Shown here one piece after another: positions 62,201-64,000 of a stretch of 64,000 nucleotides of DNA. Under the pieces are notes generated by a model. It was not told where the DNA came from. It saw only the letters and a list, made by a program, of their open reading frames with translations, and searched no databases. Origin of the DNA: Eledone cirrhosa (lineage: Eukaryota). The position numbers and the translations under genes are program-made. The stretch's first letter is position 1, and each line of letters starts with the position of its first letter. The DNA lies in assembly GCA_964016885.1 (NCBI GenBank), contig CAXHJY010000096.1, positions 1 through 64,000 on the forward strand, given 5' to 3'.

Positions 62201-64000
62201 AAAAAAAATCAGGGGGAGATAATTTGTAAAAAAAAATCAGGGGGAGATAATTTGTAAAAAAAATCAGGGGGAGATAATTTGTAAAAAAAATCAGGGGTAG
62301 ATAATTTGTAAAAAAAAATCAGGGGGAGATAATTTGTAAAAAAAAATCAGGGGGAGATAATTTGTAAAAAAAATCAAGGGGAGATAATTTCCAGCCGTCC
62401 AAGGAGAGATAATTTAAAAAAAAATCAGGCGGAGATAATTTGTAAAAAAAAATCAGGGGGAGATAATTTGTAAAAAAAAATCAGGGGGAGATAATTTGTA
62501 AAAAAAATCAAGGGGAGATAATTTCCAGCCGTCCAAGGGGAGATAATTTTCAGCCGTCCAAGGGGAGATAATTTCCCGCCAGCCAAGGGAAGATAATATT
62601 TAAAAAAATCAGGCGGAGATAATTTATAAAAAAAATCAGGGGGAGATAATTTGTAAAAAAATCAGGGGGAGATAATTTGTAAAAAAAAAATCAGGGGGAG
62701 ATAATTTGTAAAAAAAATCAGGGGGAGATAATTTGTAAAAAAAAATCAGGGGTAGATAATTTGTAAAAAAAAATCAGGGGGAGATAATTTGTAAAAAAAA
62801 TCAGGGGGAGATAATTTGTAAAAAAAAATCAGGGGTAGATAATTTGTAAAAAAAAATCAGGGGGAGATAATTTGTAAAAAAAATCAAGGGGAGATAATTT
62901 CCAGCCGTCCAAGGGAAGATAATTTCCAGCCCTCCAAGGGGCTATAATTTCCAGCGTCCAAGGGGAGATAATTTCCAGCCAGCGAAGGGGAGATAATTTT
63001 TTTTAAAATATCATTGGGAGATTTGTAAAAAAAATCAGGGGGAGATAATTTGTAAAAAAAATCAAGGGGAGATAATTTCCAGCCGTCCAAGGGGAGGTAA
63101 TATCTAGCCGTCCAAGGGGAGATAATTTCCAGCCGTCCAAGGGGAGATAATTTCCAGCCGTCCAAGGGTAGATAATATCCAGCCGTCCAAGGACATATTT
63201 TCCAGCCGTCCAAGGAGAGGTAATTTCTAGCCGTCCAAGGGGAGATAAATTCCAGCCTCCAAGGGGAGATAATTTCCAGCCAGCCAAGGGGAGATAATTT
63301 GTAAAAAAATCAGGTGGAGATAATTTGTAAAAAAAATCAGGGGGAGATAATTTGTAAAAAAAAATCAGGGGGAGATAATTTGTAAAAAAAAATCAGGGGG
63401 AGATAATTTGTAAAAAAAAATCAGGGGGAGATAATTTGTAAAAAAAATCAAGGGGAGATAATTTCCAGCCGTCCAAGGGGAGATAATTTTCAGCCGTCCA
63501 AGGGGAGATAATTTCCCGCCAGCCAAGGGAAGATAATATTTAAAAAAATCAGGCGGAGATAATTTGTAAAACAAATCAGGGGGAGATAATTTGTAAAAAA
63601 TTCAGGGGGAGATAATTTGTAAAAAAAAAATCAGGGGGAGATAATTTGTAAAAAAAATCAGGGGGAGATAATTTGTAAAAAAAAATCAGGGGTAGATAAT
63701 TTGTAAAAAAAATCAGGGGGAGATAATTTGTAAAAAAAATGAAAGGGGAGATAATATCCAGCCGTCCAAGGGGAGATAATTTCCAGCCGTCCAAGGGGAG
63801 ATAATTTCCAGCCGTCCAAGGGGAGATAATTTCCATCCTTCCAAGGGGATATAATTTCCAGCCGTCCAAGGGGAGATAATTTCCCGCCAGCCAAGGGAAG
63901 ATAATTTTTTAAAAAATCAGGCGGAGATTGTAAAAAAAATCAGGGGGGAGATAATTTGTAAAAAAATCAGGGGGAGATAATTTGTAAAAAAAAATCAGGG
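59250..64000 (+). repeat. Duplication with offset 3014 bp (second copy truncated by the window end)
   Basis: CAGGGGTAG in the same context at 59278/62292, GGGGCTATAA at 59924/62938, and ORF pair 60562/63576. Confidence 0.88.

Larger units (their letters stand above)
1354..64000 (+). repeat. Composite two-monomer satellite array, head-to-tail in a single orientation: type A CAAGGGGAGATAATTTCCAGCCGTC (25 bp) and type B CAGGGGGAGATAATTTGT(A)7-10T (26-29 bp) in alternating blocks; continues off the right edge
   Basis: The core GGGGAGATAATTT, or a variant differing by a few bases, recurs about every 21-29 bp from 1354 to the window end. I saw no unique insertion and no reverse-complement block. 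Confidence 0.98.

Noticed and set aside
1574-63894. Numerous minus-strand ORFs (LDGWKLSPLGRLEIISPWTAGNYLP, DFFYKLSPP, IFFTNYLPL) resembling a repeat-protein family
   Set aside because: The reverse complement of monomer A has no stop codon in any frame, and its 25-nt period yields the same cyclic peptide in all three frames. Starts are mostly TTG/CTG, homopolymer indels ignore frame, and there is no unique domain.
1354-64000. CRISPR, iteron or integron-like array of the conserved core with short spacers
   Set aside because: The spacers are 9-13 bp and of only two recurring kinds, and no associated genes occur in 62 kb.
1354-64000. GGAG read as Shine-Dalgarno sites, GATAAT/TATAAT as -10 boxes, and T runs as terminators
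   Set aside because: These are incidental matches inside a satellite monomer, with no downstream genes and no GC-rich terminator stems.
1354-64000. Direct telomerase product, by analogy with 25-bp yeast telomeric repeats
   Set aside because: Rare variants are inherited in multi-kb blocks, which indicates DNA-level duplication rather than repeated copying of a short RNA template. I recognise no known telomere motif.
1400-64000. Macroscopic DNA curvature from phased A-tracts in B blocks
   Set aside because: A spacing of 26-29 bp is about 2.5-2.75 helical turns, so successive bends are largely out of phase rather than additive.
1-64000. Assignment to a species, a named satellite family or a centromere
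   Set aside because: I do not recognise either consensus with confidence. A database search and chromatin data are required.

Overview
This 64 kb window is entirely non-coding tandem repeat, most likely eukaryotic satellite or heterochromatin. I can support no gene, RNA gene, transposon or CRISPR array. Bases 1-1355 are a compound minisatellite: a constant 70-bp unit followed by a (TC)n tract of variable length. It is fused abruptly, through a 2-bp AG microhomology, to a satellite of at least 62.6 kb that runs in one orientation past the window end. That satellite has about 2,400 monomers (estimated from length/26) of two types sharing a 16-bp core, CARGGGGAGATAATTT. Type A is 25 bp with a GC-rich tail (CCAGCCGTC); type B is 26-29 bp with a GT(A)7-10T tail. 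A and B alternate in blocks that follow consistent switching rules. A small set of marked modules is reshuffled into nested duplications with offsets from about 0.37 to 55 kb, rather than one fixed higher-order repeat. The most unusual signals are the A/B switching rules, the rule exceptions that fall on duplication breakpoints, a TnAm linker whose T/A boundary slides at constant total length, and an array edge with no decay. All listed ORFs are artefacts of repeat translation. Duplication boundaries are approximate; offsets were read from marker variants and ORF-track coordinates.
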